A stretch of DNA of 60,502 bases, the filler included, from Sphacelaria rigidula (taxonomy: Eukaryota): assembly GCA_964200075.2 (NCBI GenBank). It is 9 parts of 9 records of this genome, joined end to end, with 100 filler letters (N's around TTAATTAATTAA, not from the genome) between each part and the next. Parts side by side here need not be neighbours in the genome. Positions count along the whole stretch, not along the records: positions 47,137 to 53,769 come from CAXNAA020018937.1; positions 53,870 to 60,502 come from CAXNAA020018938.1; 7 more parts are not named here. The stretch is one strand, 5' to 3'. Below the pieces are notes generated by a model. That model searched no databases. It had not been told where the DNA came from and worked only from the letters and a program-made list of their open reading frames with translations. Every line of letters starts with the position of its first letter. The first letter of the stretch is position 1. Both the position numbers and the translations under genes were made by a program. Below are positions 49,468-60,502 of the stretch, piece by piece.

Positions 49468-52400
49468 CTGACGGCGTCGACGGTTCATGACGGCGGTGGC
49501 AGATACGGACATGGAGAGCGGGCAGCAGAGTGAAGGGAGATATCCCGGTGGTCGAATGAGGAGCAATGCTCACTTCTCCCTCTCGCAAGCTGAAAAGTGG
49601 ACGAGCTTGTGTGTTGATGAATCTGTGAGGCAGTGAAACGAACCAGGGTTCAGAATCACAAGTGTCTCGTGATGGAGGGGTTGGTGAAGTCAGTCACAGT
49701 AGTTTACAAGCGGGAAAATAACGTGTGGATATAGAAGATGCCAATGCGCTGTGAACTACAAAAAAAAAACGGGCCATGTGTTCTTGAGAAATAAAACATG
49801 TGCGGCAGCTTCTATTTTTTTGTCTGCAAATCAACTTGTAATAAGCACATGGCCGATAGTTTTACAGAGGAACAAGAAATGAGACATCTGAGCAACATGA
49901 ATGCTAAAAACAGGAACCGATACATTCCTCTGAAGCAGTATACACTGTAGCTGCAGTGTTCGCCTCCTTCTCCCCAAAAGCACAGATCCAGCAGATGATA
50001 TGTTAGGGAGCAGTTTTTAACTTTGGCAAAATGTGGTATTTTACCGAAATACTGCGACATTTTTCTCAAGCACGCTCAAGATTCATGTGCTTCACCTGCG
50101 AGTCAATGCCCCCCCCCCTCCCCCCCCCCCCCCCCCCCCCCCTCCCCCGTCCGACTCCCTGCGGCCCCCCCCCCCCCCTCCTCTTCCCCAAACAAGGNNN
50201 NNNNNNNCCCTTCTTCACGTGTGCAAGGATCATACGTTGAGCCCACTCATGCACATTGTCCATGAAAATAGAGTGCTCGCTCGGGTAGGGGCTACAGCGT
50301 GCGTGCACCTGCAGCAGCCCTCCGCGGCACTACTGAGCTAAATGTTTCACACATAAAACCAGCAATGCATGGTTTCCCAAGGAACAAAGCACACTGTGCT
50401 CAGCTGGATGGTAGCTGAACGTCTATCTGCCTTGCATGTTGTGTTTCTCTCAGAGGGTTGATGTCTTGACCTCGCTGAGGATGAGTCAACCAAGCCCTGC
50501 GTGTGTCCAAAATTTCCACGTATGCACAGGTCTTTTCCCAGCACAGGTGTTTCCGAGATCTTTCCATTTCATTTATTTCCGCTCATTTTGTACCATAACG
50601 GTGGCCCTTGTGTTGCATTTTTAATATTTGGATGAGTGCAGAATTAATAATTTTGCATCACTGATTCTGTCTCTCATTACAGTTGGTCTAATCTAGTCAG
50701 ATCACCGGAATGGACATCACGTGAAACATTTTTTTTGCCAGTTCCCGGGAAATGGGCTCGAGAAGGGTGCTTTCGGGCGATGTGGATCTGGGACATGGTC
50801 GGTGAAGAGGCGTTTGATACTGTACCGACGGCTACATGCTGAACTCCTGTGCCGGTATCGCGGTGTCATTTGGCTGCACAGCTCATTGTAAGAACTTAGC
50901 TTGCGCTAGCCACATAGTAACCACGTAGGGGTCATCCAGATAAACTTTTTCTTGCCGTAAACGACGTGCGGTTGTCTTGTTCAGAGGGGAAAACGTCAGG
51001 CGTGTCTCGCTTATACCCGCTGTTTACTTACAAAAGTTGCTATCGTTCCGGACATAATTCATGTTACACAAGGAATTGAACAGATAACTGATGCCAACGT
51101 GCAGATAGGAAGGAGCCCATCCCAGCCATCCGGGCTTTGACCAGAAGGTCATCGTGCTTGTCGCGCTCTCGAACAGCGCTTAGATCCTGTCTTGACCGTT
51201 TTTTTTTTTCTTCGCATAAAAATATCTGACTCCATTTCAATCGATTTTTGTGTTGGGCAGGCCTGGACCACGTCATAAAATGAGCGACGGAACGAGCAGT
51301 GACTTGACTGAGCAAAGCACTACAGGACCTAGTTCACGTTGCACAAGGAACGGTTATTTGTTCATTGTTTTATGGGTTCATAAAAACGTAGATGTGACGA
51401 CATTCCTCGCTGTTCAGTCTCGCTTGGCAGCACATGTGGAGCGACAGTTGCACCTACCTTACCGAATGATAGTCGTTTCTCAGATACACAGAGAAGGACG
51501 CTTTAGTTGACTGAAGTCCGTTCAGTAGGGTATGGGCAACATCAAGGCGCGCGGATCTTGAAATGGAAACGGGCGTCTTTGCGTACCGTTTTCGTTTTTA
51601 TGACCTTGTCGAGGTTGCTGCACTCGTCAGTTTTCATTCAGCACGTACTGGATTCAACCCTCGAAAACTACGCCGTCGTCAGTCAACCACGAGCTACATT
51701 TCGGTGTGCGTGATGATGCATCGCGAGCAGTAGATATTCGCACGGTTTTATAGTAGTGCTACATGCATCCCGGCTCCATGTTACTCGCGGCACTACTTGG
51801 TTGTGACAAAGCAACCATGGTACTGCGTATGTCTCCGTTCATCGGTTCCATCATTTTCCCGAATCTGCACGAATAGCTTTTGGCATTCGGACAGATTCCC
51901 AACGACGAGCGAGGATAACATGCGAAAAAATAAACGGGTTGCCCACTGAGCGGTCTGTCAGGATAAAAACAAAAATCTCACTCGGAAAATTATCACCCAA
52001 CTTTTGGTCACGACACGACCCCAGTCACACAGATCGAACGCAGTACAGTGCTTCGTATTTCGCAATCATGGAGGTTTCACTACGTAACTGTTTGTTCACA
52101 CCGGTAACACGGCCAACCGTTTGACGTTCACATCACCAGGATAACGCATAAAACTGGCCGAGGTGATCCGGGAAAACCCAACTTCACCCAAATCACCGAA
52201 ATTCAAATGACCCGAAAATGTTTGATCCAGAAGACGGCGCACCAAAGTCGGTATGAATTGCCAAATTCTTGTTTTCAAGTGCTTCTTCGTACATGACAAA
52301 CTTGAGTCGATCTTTGACCTGCCAAACGTTTGATGTAGAGAAATTGAGTAAGTGCCGATGCTTCCTCTCGTCGGGAGTCGTCATAGCTTCGCGAACCCGT

Positions 52401-52943
52401 ACCCTCATTGTTCTTCTCCGGGACGCGCACCCCCCAAAAAGGACAGCACAAAAATGTGTCATATTTCACAGCTGACGTCTCTCACACGGACTAGAGACCT
52501 AGAGTCCATCCGACCCTGGTTACCGTTTTGTGCAGGGAGTATTTCTGGGGCTGTGAACTGGAGGCTCTGGTCAGTTGAGCTTGAACTGGCCGCGCCCAGT
52601 TAATCCATGTGTTGCCAGTTACTCGGCTTCGCCAATAAGCGAGGAAAACATTGATGGCGATCGGCGAAGCCGCTCCCACACCCTCTCTCAGCTGGTAGGG
52701 GCCCCGCGGGAGCGCCGCTGGAGGCAGTAAAAGCTGCGGTATTTGGCTTGTTCGCTCTTCGAAAATCGTGGAAATTTGTGACAATTGTCAACCCTCACAT
52801 GAAGGAGCCAAGAAGCCCAGATGCATAAAAATCTTATCCAACCTGGTGAGCGATTCGATAACCTGCAGTATGCGGCAGCAGACACTCCATGAGGAATGGG
52901 CGATGAGAACAAGCAAGCCAAGGCTGGCAGCACGTAAGGTTAA

Positions 52944-53043
52944 CCCTTAGACTGCGAGGAGGGTGGTCGATCTGGATCACGCATACTTCTTCAAGTGGAA
53001 ATGATACCGATTCAACAGGTGACCTACTCTCGCCATCTAAGGG
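52944..53043. mobile_element. 100-bp piggyBac-type miniature element
   Basis: TTAA|cccttagactgcgag...ctcgccatctaaggg|TTAA (15-bp TIR, 2 mismatches). Confidence 0.75.
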
Positions 53044-53695
53044 TTAAGAGCGCAAAATTCTTGAGGTCCGGACCGAAAACACGCATGGAGGTCAATACTA
53101 GTAGCAAGCTACAATGGTATATTTTGTATTTTGTGGTTACGGGTTTCCGTTTGTGTTTCCTGATTCCTCATGTCATGCAATGAAACGATAAACCTTGGCA
53201 TATATCCGCTCCATCACTTCGAGGTATGGTGGGCATGTGCTGCATCATGTTCAGAACGTTTTTCATCATGCAATTGCCAACTGGCAGATCGCCAGTGGGG
53301 TTTGTCGTTTGGCAGTTCCGCATCAAGTGTCTCACCGTGTGTAAAATAACGTTTTTTTTGTTTTCGTTCTTTCTCATGCGACTGATCAGCCATCGACCTA
53401 CGTGCTATGGTCGAAACATGAAAAACAAGGGCTGTGATGTGGTGTGGAGTTGAAAAGTTTGTACTGCTTGTAATACTGTAGAATGTAGAGTTCAATTCTA
53501 CCCTGCAATTGTACCACTCTGGACCGACAGACGTGGCTGGTTTCACGAGAAAACATGAGACATGAGTACATGACATTGAAATAAAAAAATAAAGAAACAC
53601 TGGAGGCACTTGGGGGATGAAAAAAAAGAAAACGAATAGAAGGTTCCGGGGAAAGCTTTAAAGCTCCCACCTCCCCCCCGCGCGTCGGCCGCGCG

Positions 53696-53761
53696 TGTTC
53701 CGTCTCGAAAGGGATGCGTGGTCAATGGTCACACGACTAAGGCAAGCAACAAATGAGTACG
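53696..53761 (+). mobile_element. 66-nt LINE 3'-end unit
   Basis: tgttccgtctcgaaagggatgcg...caaatgagtacg, with C-rich flanks. Confidence 0.8.
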
Positions 53762-53921
53762 CACCCACANNNNNNNNNNNNNNNNNNNNNNNNNNNNNNN
53801 NNNNNNNNNNNNNTTAATTAATTAANNNNNNNNNNNNNNNNNNNNNNNNNNNNNNNNNNNNNNNNNNNNCCTGCAGGGGGGGGCCAAAAAAGAGCCCCCC
53901 CCCCCCCCCCCCCCCCCCCCC

Positions 53922-53987
53922 TGCTTCGTCTCGAAAGGGATGCGTAGTCAATTGTTTTACGACCAAGGCAAGCAACAAATGAGTGCG
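53922..53987 (+). mobile_element. 66-nt LINE 3'-end unit
   Basis: tgcttcgtctcgaaagggatgcg...caaatgagtgcg, directly after a long C homopolymer. Confidence 0.8.
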
Positions 53988-54179
53988 CTCCTCCCGTCAG
54001 CGATATGGTATACAACACCCCTCGTATGGCTATTATCGATCCTCAGGACCATACACTCCCTACTCAAATCCTGATGCTCAGTGCCAGTTTCGATTGCAGT
54101 TCTGCAGTACTTCAGGCCGAACGGTGACACCGCCACGCCCCTTGTCATGGACAGAGTATTTAGGGCGACGAGACGCAGT

Positions 54180-55950
54180 ATCTCGCTAACGGCAGCTTGG
54201 CGCCTCGCTCAAAATTCAACCGCCACAACGATAGTGACCGCATAAGCAACTAAAGAGGCTGATTGAAAGTCCCCACGAACAAGAGCGAGCTGCTGCAAAG
54301 AGGCCAGTCAAGCGATCCCTTTCGACGGGTTAAAATGGAGTTCCAGCACAACGCGATCTGCTGGAGCGCGACAGGCCATGCAACTACTGTTATTGGCCTG
54401 GTTGAAATGAACTTTCAAATAGTAAAAATACTCTGAAAATGGGCAGGCCACGTCAACCTGTCAGAGGGCTGATTGAAACGGACGCTCAAGCCTACGCTAG
54501 CGAGGGCGGTCATACTGCCGATCTAATAGGGTCGCTGAAGCGTACATCGGTCGCGAGATGCTTGGGTGACGTAGGGAGGGGCCGCTCAATGTGTTGGTTG
54601 AGACACTCCCGGAAAACGAGCGTCTGAAGCGAGACAGGCACGTCACCCGTCCAAGAGACTTCACTACTTTCTCCCTCAAAACCTGAGCTGCTGCAACGAC
54701 GCAGATGTCATGCTACTGTATTATCCCGCCGATGGGCTGGTTGAAAACCCACCCAAGCGCAAGCTGCTGCTGCGAAGACGGTAAAAACCCTTCAATGGCT
54801 GGTTGAATTTCCGTCCGAGTGGGAGCTGCTGCAGCGAAGTAGACCACGCCACTCCTTAAACGGATTGGATTAAATCAATTCTGAGCGCGAATCGCTGCAA
54901 CGAAGTCGGCCATGCTGGTTCCCTCAATGGGCTTGTTGGATCTCAGCCCAAATGTAAGCTGCTTCAGCCGTTCAGCCCAGATCGCACCATCAATGAGTCG
55001 ATTGAATCCCCACTCGACGACTCGAGCTGCTGAGGCGAGGCGACCGTCAAACCACCTTCTTCTTGAGTCGGTTGGAATCATCGTCGAACTGAGCTGCTGC
55101 AGCAACGCAGGCCAAATCACCCTGTCAGTGGAGCGGTAGAAACGCCTCCAGATCCAAAGCTGCTACAGAGGAGGGCCACGGCACCCCCTGATATGGAACC
55201 ATCGAAACGGTCCCTCAGGGTGCATTGCTGGAGCACGGTGGGACGACCGCTTGCTTCATGAACTGTTCAAACCGCCCACGGGAATCTAGCTGCTGCACCA
55301 AAGCAGGCCACGTCACAATCTTGCCGGGCCGGTTGAACGTTATCCCAAATATGAACTGCTGCAACAACCGAAGCTATTTTCCGCGGGCAATGTGCTGGCC
55401 AAACGTTTCCCCAAAGCGCAAGGTGCTGCGACCAAGGAGAGCCAACAACTCATCAACGACTCGGTTGAATCTTGCCCTTGACCCAGGGAAACGTTGCGCA
55501 AATCATCGTTCTCCCTCCCTCTAATTGGAGCATTTCACGGATTTCACGTAGATCACGGCAAAAGTAGTCCACAGATCATCGTTGACGCCAATGAACTTTG
55601 GATCAACACTCTTCGTCCGCGTAACCCTACGTGCTTGCCAGAAGGCACGCTGCTCACGAGTGACACGCCACCGACCGCATACTCGTCGGGGCACTGGCGA
55701 GCTACTCGGCAGGTGTCTCCCACAGCCTTCGCGGCGTGTCATTCTCCATTATTTCGCCAACGGTGCCGGAAATCGAGCAGTATGGCAGCAGCGAAGCGAT
55801 CCGGAGCTTGCTGGTGGACACGCAACACCTTCGCTCCGAGCAAGTCTCGTTGAGCGTGATCGCGATGGCGTCGAAGCATGGGCTGCGGCCTGGAGCAGGG
55901 GCAAAGAAAGGACGGGCACTCGCGGGGGTCACTAGCGTGTAACCGTGATG
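54180..55950 (-). pseudogene. FNIP-repeat (LRR-like) protein pseudogene, about 19 repeats of about 66 bp plus an N-terminal region
   Basis: Periodic ggttgaa...gagctgctgca...ggccac on + reads FNQP/FNRx-x5-WPxxLQQLxFG on - (e.g. IWPALLQQLS, GFNRLIDGAIWAERLKQLTFG). Many stops and frameshifts; no introns. Confidence 0.8.
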
Positions 55951-57189
55951 GGCCGTACTAAGCAAGCAAAAATGCGCACGCTATGAGAATTAGAAGCTAG
56001 CGCTTCATATGCATACACATGAGGTTAGAAACGGTTGAATCTCGGGTGCCGGTAAACCATTCAGGGACACGATGGGGTGCACGTACTTTGCACGTGTATT
56101 AGAAAGTCGGCATGAAGACCTTCGGGGTTTGAGGTCTCTGTGCCCTAATGCAAGCTGGGGGGACAAGTGTGAATCTAGATGATCGACTGCGTTTGGAAAT
56201 TCTCGGTGCCGATAATCTGCTGCTGTTTTCTCGACCACAACTACGGCACACGCCGTATCCTACAGTCGCCATTCGGTGCGGTTGGCGTGAAAAATTAAGT
56301 AAAAAGACTTCTTCAAGGAGGGAGGGAACCGCGCTCCTGGTCGAAGCAACGGATGACTGTCCGGTCCGGCTACTCCTGGAGGCTCTTGCCAAAATATCGG
56401 CGCTCATGAAGTAATAAAGGGAGTGCACACCTCTGCTTTAAAATTCAAGCACGGAAGAGAGACGGGGGCGCACTCTATATTCAAGTTACCAAACTGCCGG
56501 ACCAAGTCAGACGTCTTCGTTTTTTGAGAAACCGACACTAGACTACAAGGAAGGATGAAGGGAATACTCTGTTCGGAACCGGGTTGATATGGTGACTAAA
56601 AACAATGGAGATCGGCGAGGTTTTGCGGAATTGACTGTAGACCACCCCCGCATACCATGAGGGGGTGGGAGACAATCACGTCGCTTAGCGAGTGTCCATG
56701 TATATTGGGCGCCTCTTGCAGCTGCCGCAGTTGCTCTCACAGTGTTCTATCGGCTGATTTTCGGTCACAGCGGAAGAATTTCGTTACTCAAGGTCCAAAG
56801 AAAATGGGGATGAACTCATGATCTTGCATGCCGTAGACAGAGCAAATGGGGGAAGGAACAGCGCCCCACCCGAGGGGTCTTCCATCCGCCGGGAAGTCGT
56901 GAGAGATACGTGCTCACAACTGTTTCTTGGGGCCAAGACATGTCGTTCACGACCGGGATTTTCTGTTTTTGTTATTTATTCGACACGTGCCCTGCAGATT
57001 ACCGTTTTGCCTATACATGTCCATGCTTGTACCAAACAAATTTCATCACAGCACTTTCTCGTGTGCGAAGAGAACCCTACGCACACACAGCTCGTGCGTC
57101 CCGTCCGACACGAAAACGTGACACGTGAACTGCCTGTTTTGGCTTTTGCATGGAAACCCCCAGAATATATCGAATTGGACATGCCACAT

Positions 57190-57560
57190 GTAAAAAATGA
57201 GCAGATCATTTTCGAAAATGAGGCTCGACATCAAAACAGTGCCTTCCCTGATCTGAAGTCATGAATGGTTTAAACATGGGTGACCTTACGCCCCCGACGT
57301 CCCTGAAACTATTTTTAGGGGCTTCCCCGTCTTCCGTTCCCCCAAATGGTGTGCAAAAGAATTTTTCTGCCTCGATTTCGGGGTGAAAAAAGGAATGCTT
57401 TTTAGCCCGAAAGTGGTGTTTTCGCACATACGCATACGGGGAAACCCCCCAAAATAGCCTCAAGAAGGTAAGGGGGGGGGGGGTAAGGTTGTAACTCTAG
57501 ATCAGGGAAAAGCACTGTTTTGGAATCGAACCTCATTTCAATGCTCAACCTCCTTCTCGA
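57190..57560. repeat. Inverted repeat pair (about 70-bp arms)
   Basis: aaatgaggctcgacatcaaaacagtgccttccctgatct versus agatcagggaaaagcactgttttggaatcgaacctcattt. Confidence 0.6.
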
Positions 57561-58564
57561 AAACAATCTCTCGAGTACGTATTTTTCCCGACAACTCGAA
57601 GTTTTTTTAAGCGACTGAAAAATCTAGAATCCGGACAAAAGTAAACTTGGCGTACGAAAGATCGGACAAGCGCGCTGGAATCCTCAGAAAAAATGTTTCA
57701 ATTTTTTCCCAGGAGTCCCAATCCGCCAATACCCGTATTCCGTCAATAATCCGTCATGAAAGGTTCAAAAGGGCAGTTCTCAGAGAGACTATTTTTCAGT
57801 CTGTAAGAAGCGGCCTCACTGACTAACCCAGAACAAGGTAGAAGGAAATGCAAAGATTGTGTGGGATTCAGAAACAATTAAATGAATCCAGGAGAAATCT
57901 ACGGGGAATAGACTCTTTTGCTGTTGGCAGTCTCGGTGGGCATATATAGGCCAGTATTGTTGTATGGTTGTATGGAGGCCTGACTTACGATGCGTTCATG
58001 TTGCCGCAACCGAGCCCTTAGATTGCCTTGGTGGGTCATTCGTTGAATAGGCATCATCGTGTTCACATGGGGAATGAGTACGCCGGTTCACGGGTTCCAC
58101 CGAAATTTCCTTGACCAGTCAGTGAATGCCTTCGCAATATATACCAAATAGTAGAATACACGGTATCACACGATCGCCATGGATAGCTAGATAGGGCAAC
58201 ATAGCCGGGTTTTTGGTGAAGGCCACAGTATCTGTGTGTCAACATTCCACGGTTCGGACGAATCATCGCCGATTCGAATAATTAAATCCATAATCTTTCA
58301 GGTCTGATTGCTTAAAAGAGACAAAAAAGTTGACCGCTGATCAAGAAGGTCTCCGCGCAATTTTTGCGCCATTCCACGTGCCTGGGCTGCGCGTACCCAG
58401 GTTGAAACGCTTAAAACAAAGCCGAAGGATTGAATCGTACCGTACGAATCAATCACACTAAAATTAAGTAATTTCCAGACGAATAATTAATTCATCCGAC
58501 CCTTGAAATATTCTGAGTCCATCTTCAAGGATCGGGGTGAGTAGTTGCGGATGGGTGAATTTGG

Positions 58565-60128
58565 CAGGGCTCTTTACGTTACACGTTACACGTTACGTCA
58601 CAAATGTGACGTATGAAAAATTATGTCACGTCACGTCACATTTTCGTACTTGTACGTTACGTTACGTCACACTTGTGACGTATTGAAAAATATACGTTAC
58701 GTTACGTCACAATATTATACGTTTGTGACGTGTAACGTATTTTGGAACGTTATTGTGACGTGTAACGAATAATAAACGTTACGTTTGTGACGTGTAAAGT
58801 AAAATGAAACGTTGCACTTCGACTGTCTTGAGGGCAAGTGAACGCTAGGTACGACGTTGTAATGTTTCATGTACCGCAACTTGGTACGGGAGGTTCACGG
58901 TGGCTGCCTTGTTCGAGCATGAGGCGCGTTCTGCTCGCTATTTTGACAAGAATGCGTTTCACCGAGTGTATCGCTCATGCGTCCCTGACTCACACGTGGA
59001 AATTTCAAAGAAATACATGAGTACATTTTTGATGCACGATAATCAGATAGTGAAATACCAAGCTGCGCGCAGGTCATGATGTACACATACAAACGCAAGT
59101 ATGTACAGATCATACGTTGGTGATACCTGGTAGTCGGTTGGCATTTTGTAGGACACCCAATACATAGCAATCCGATTCTATTTTGTTATAATTATCTGCT
59201 CTCTCAGCAGGGCGTGTATGCAGAAGATCTATTTTCTATATATATATATATAATACACATGAACTGATGATCCGGCGCGAATCCAGCCGCGTTCGCAGGG
59301 CGGACATCATGAAGGTAGAATCACATCATGACTCATTGTGCCAAAAATAGAGACAAAAACTCACACAAAACCGTGGGAACAGAGACGGAAGGCAAAAAAA
59401 CAGAAAGAAAAAACAACCCCAACATAGGAAAACAAAGCAAAATCAACGAAAAAAAAACACAAAACTACAGAACAGCAGTGGAGCCACCGAATTTGTCCAC
59501 GAGGTCACAAGCTCGTGTCACCCTTCGCACCTCTTCAAAGGCACAAGGTCTCTGAATACTTCGTAGTCCATATGTTGATACTAGTGACACCAATAAGTAA
59601 AACGGCACACAGCAACTCAAAATAATGCATACTATGGTTGGGTGTGGTGTGGTGGTGCATGCTGCCGTGGCGCTGAACTTGCGCTTACATCGCGTGCGTA
59701 TTATGATGGCGTATGCACACTCTTCTTGAACCAATGTATCATGTCATGCGAGTATCACATATGCTAATCCCACACTAATTGTAGGACAAGTTGAGCGTGT
59801 GACGGTCATGACGTTCATTCAGACGTCACAAACGTACAATAATATGACGAGTGACGTATTTTGTAACGTGTAACGTGTTTTATACGTTACACATTATGGG
59901 AAACGTTTCAAGATACGTTACTGTGACGTATGAAAAAACGTCACGTCACGTCACGGCACATTTGTGACGTATTGAAAAATTGAACGTTACGTCATGTCAC
60001 ATTTTTCAACGGTACGTTACGTTACGTCACATTTGTGACGTATGCGAAAAGCATACGTTACGTCACACCCTTGTGACGTACGTGTGTGACGTGTGACGTA
60101 CGTGTAGCGTATAGCGTAAAGAGCCCTG
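58565..60128. mobile_element. Non-autonomous hAT element (1564 bp)
   Basis: Perfect 14-bp TIR cagggctctttacg; TSD gaatttgg / gaattttgg; dense GTTACGTCAC/GTGACGT subterminal motifs at both ends; no transposase. Confidence 0.85.
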
Positions 60129-60502
60129 GAATTTTGGCACACTGAAGTAAACCAGCCTGTAAAGCCCTACATCACCCACCCTGCGGCAGTAAGAGGGTTA
60201 AGCAGCTTGAGCCATGTATGACAAAATGATTTACTTCGAAGTAAATTCAATTTTCGATTATTCAAAACTCTCAGGCCCCTTTTCTTTGGTCGTCGAAGAA
60301 ACATAGCATCGAGCACCACAGGGAAGGAAAAAAAAAAAAACGCTAGCAGGACTTTTCTCCAACATCATGCTTTATCAATATCTGCATCACCGCCCACACA
60401 GCCCTGTAGGTAATAATTAAACTCGCGGTACGAGCTGGGCCAGCCTAGAGGCTGCATGAACGTTTGCAGGCGAATGCGCCGGCCATTATTTGGAGTTAGA
60501 CC

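Noticed and set aside
6635..53869. Regularly spaced TTAATTAATTAA motifs as a biological periodic element
   Set aside because: Always centred in N-runs; this is a six-frame stop linker added during assembly.
54250..55470. About 66-bp periodic array as a CRISPR array or satellite
   Set aside because: The repeats are highly degenerate, follow codon-level FNIP conservation, and there are no cas genes; the context is eukaryotic.

Overview
Eukaryotic genomic DNA, most likely from a brown alga (Phaeophyceae). This is an inference from short exons in long GT-AG introns, FNIP repeats and the repeat landscape. The window is NOT one locus. It is nine contigs of 6634, 6634, 6634, 6634, 6634, 6633, 6633, 6633 and 6633 bp joined by artificial 100-bp N44-TTAATTAATTAA-N44 spacers, i.e. 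a length-sorted concatenation of unplaced contigs. Host gene fragments rebuilt from splice sites: the 3' exons of a CLC chloride channel (CBS2), two HGH1 exons, one SLC25A44-like mitochondrial carrier exon, two exons of a TetA/MFSD14-like MFS transporter and two hypothetical multi-exon genes. There is also a decayed intronless FNIP-repeat gene. Much of the rest is transposon-derived: a dead Ty3/Gypsy pol (PR-RT-RH-INT), a dead LINE RT, solo-LTR-like repeats, tRNA-derived SINEs, and MITEs with piggyBac (TTAA), PIF/Harbinger (TTA), hAT (8 bp), Tc1/mariner (TA) and unassigned 4-bp TSD signatures, often nested. The most unusual signal is a LINE family whose 3' ends abut poly(C)/poly(G) runs. It recurs as a discrete, self-folding 66-nt unit. 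One copy has a perfect 10-bp TSD inside a G-tract, and an empty-site copy is present in the window.
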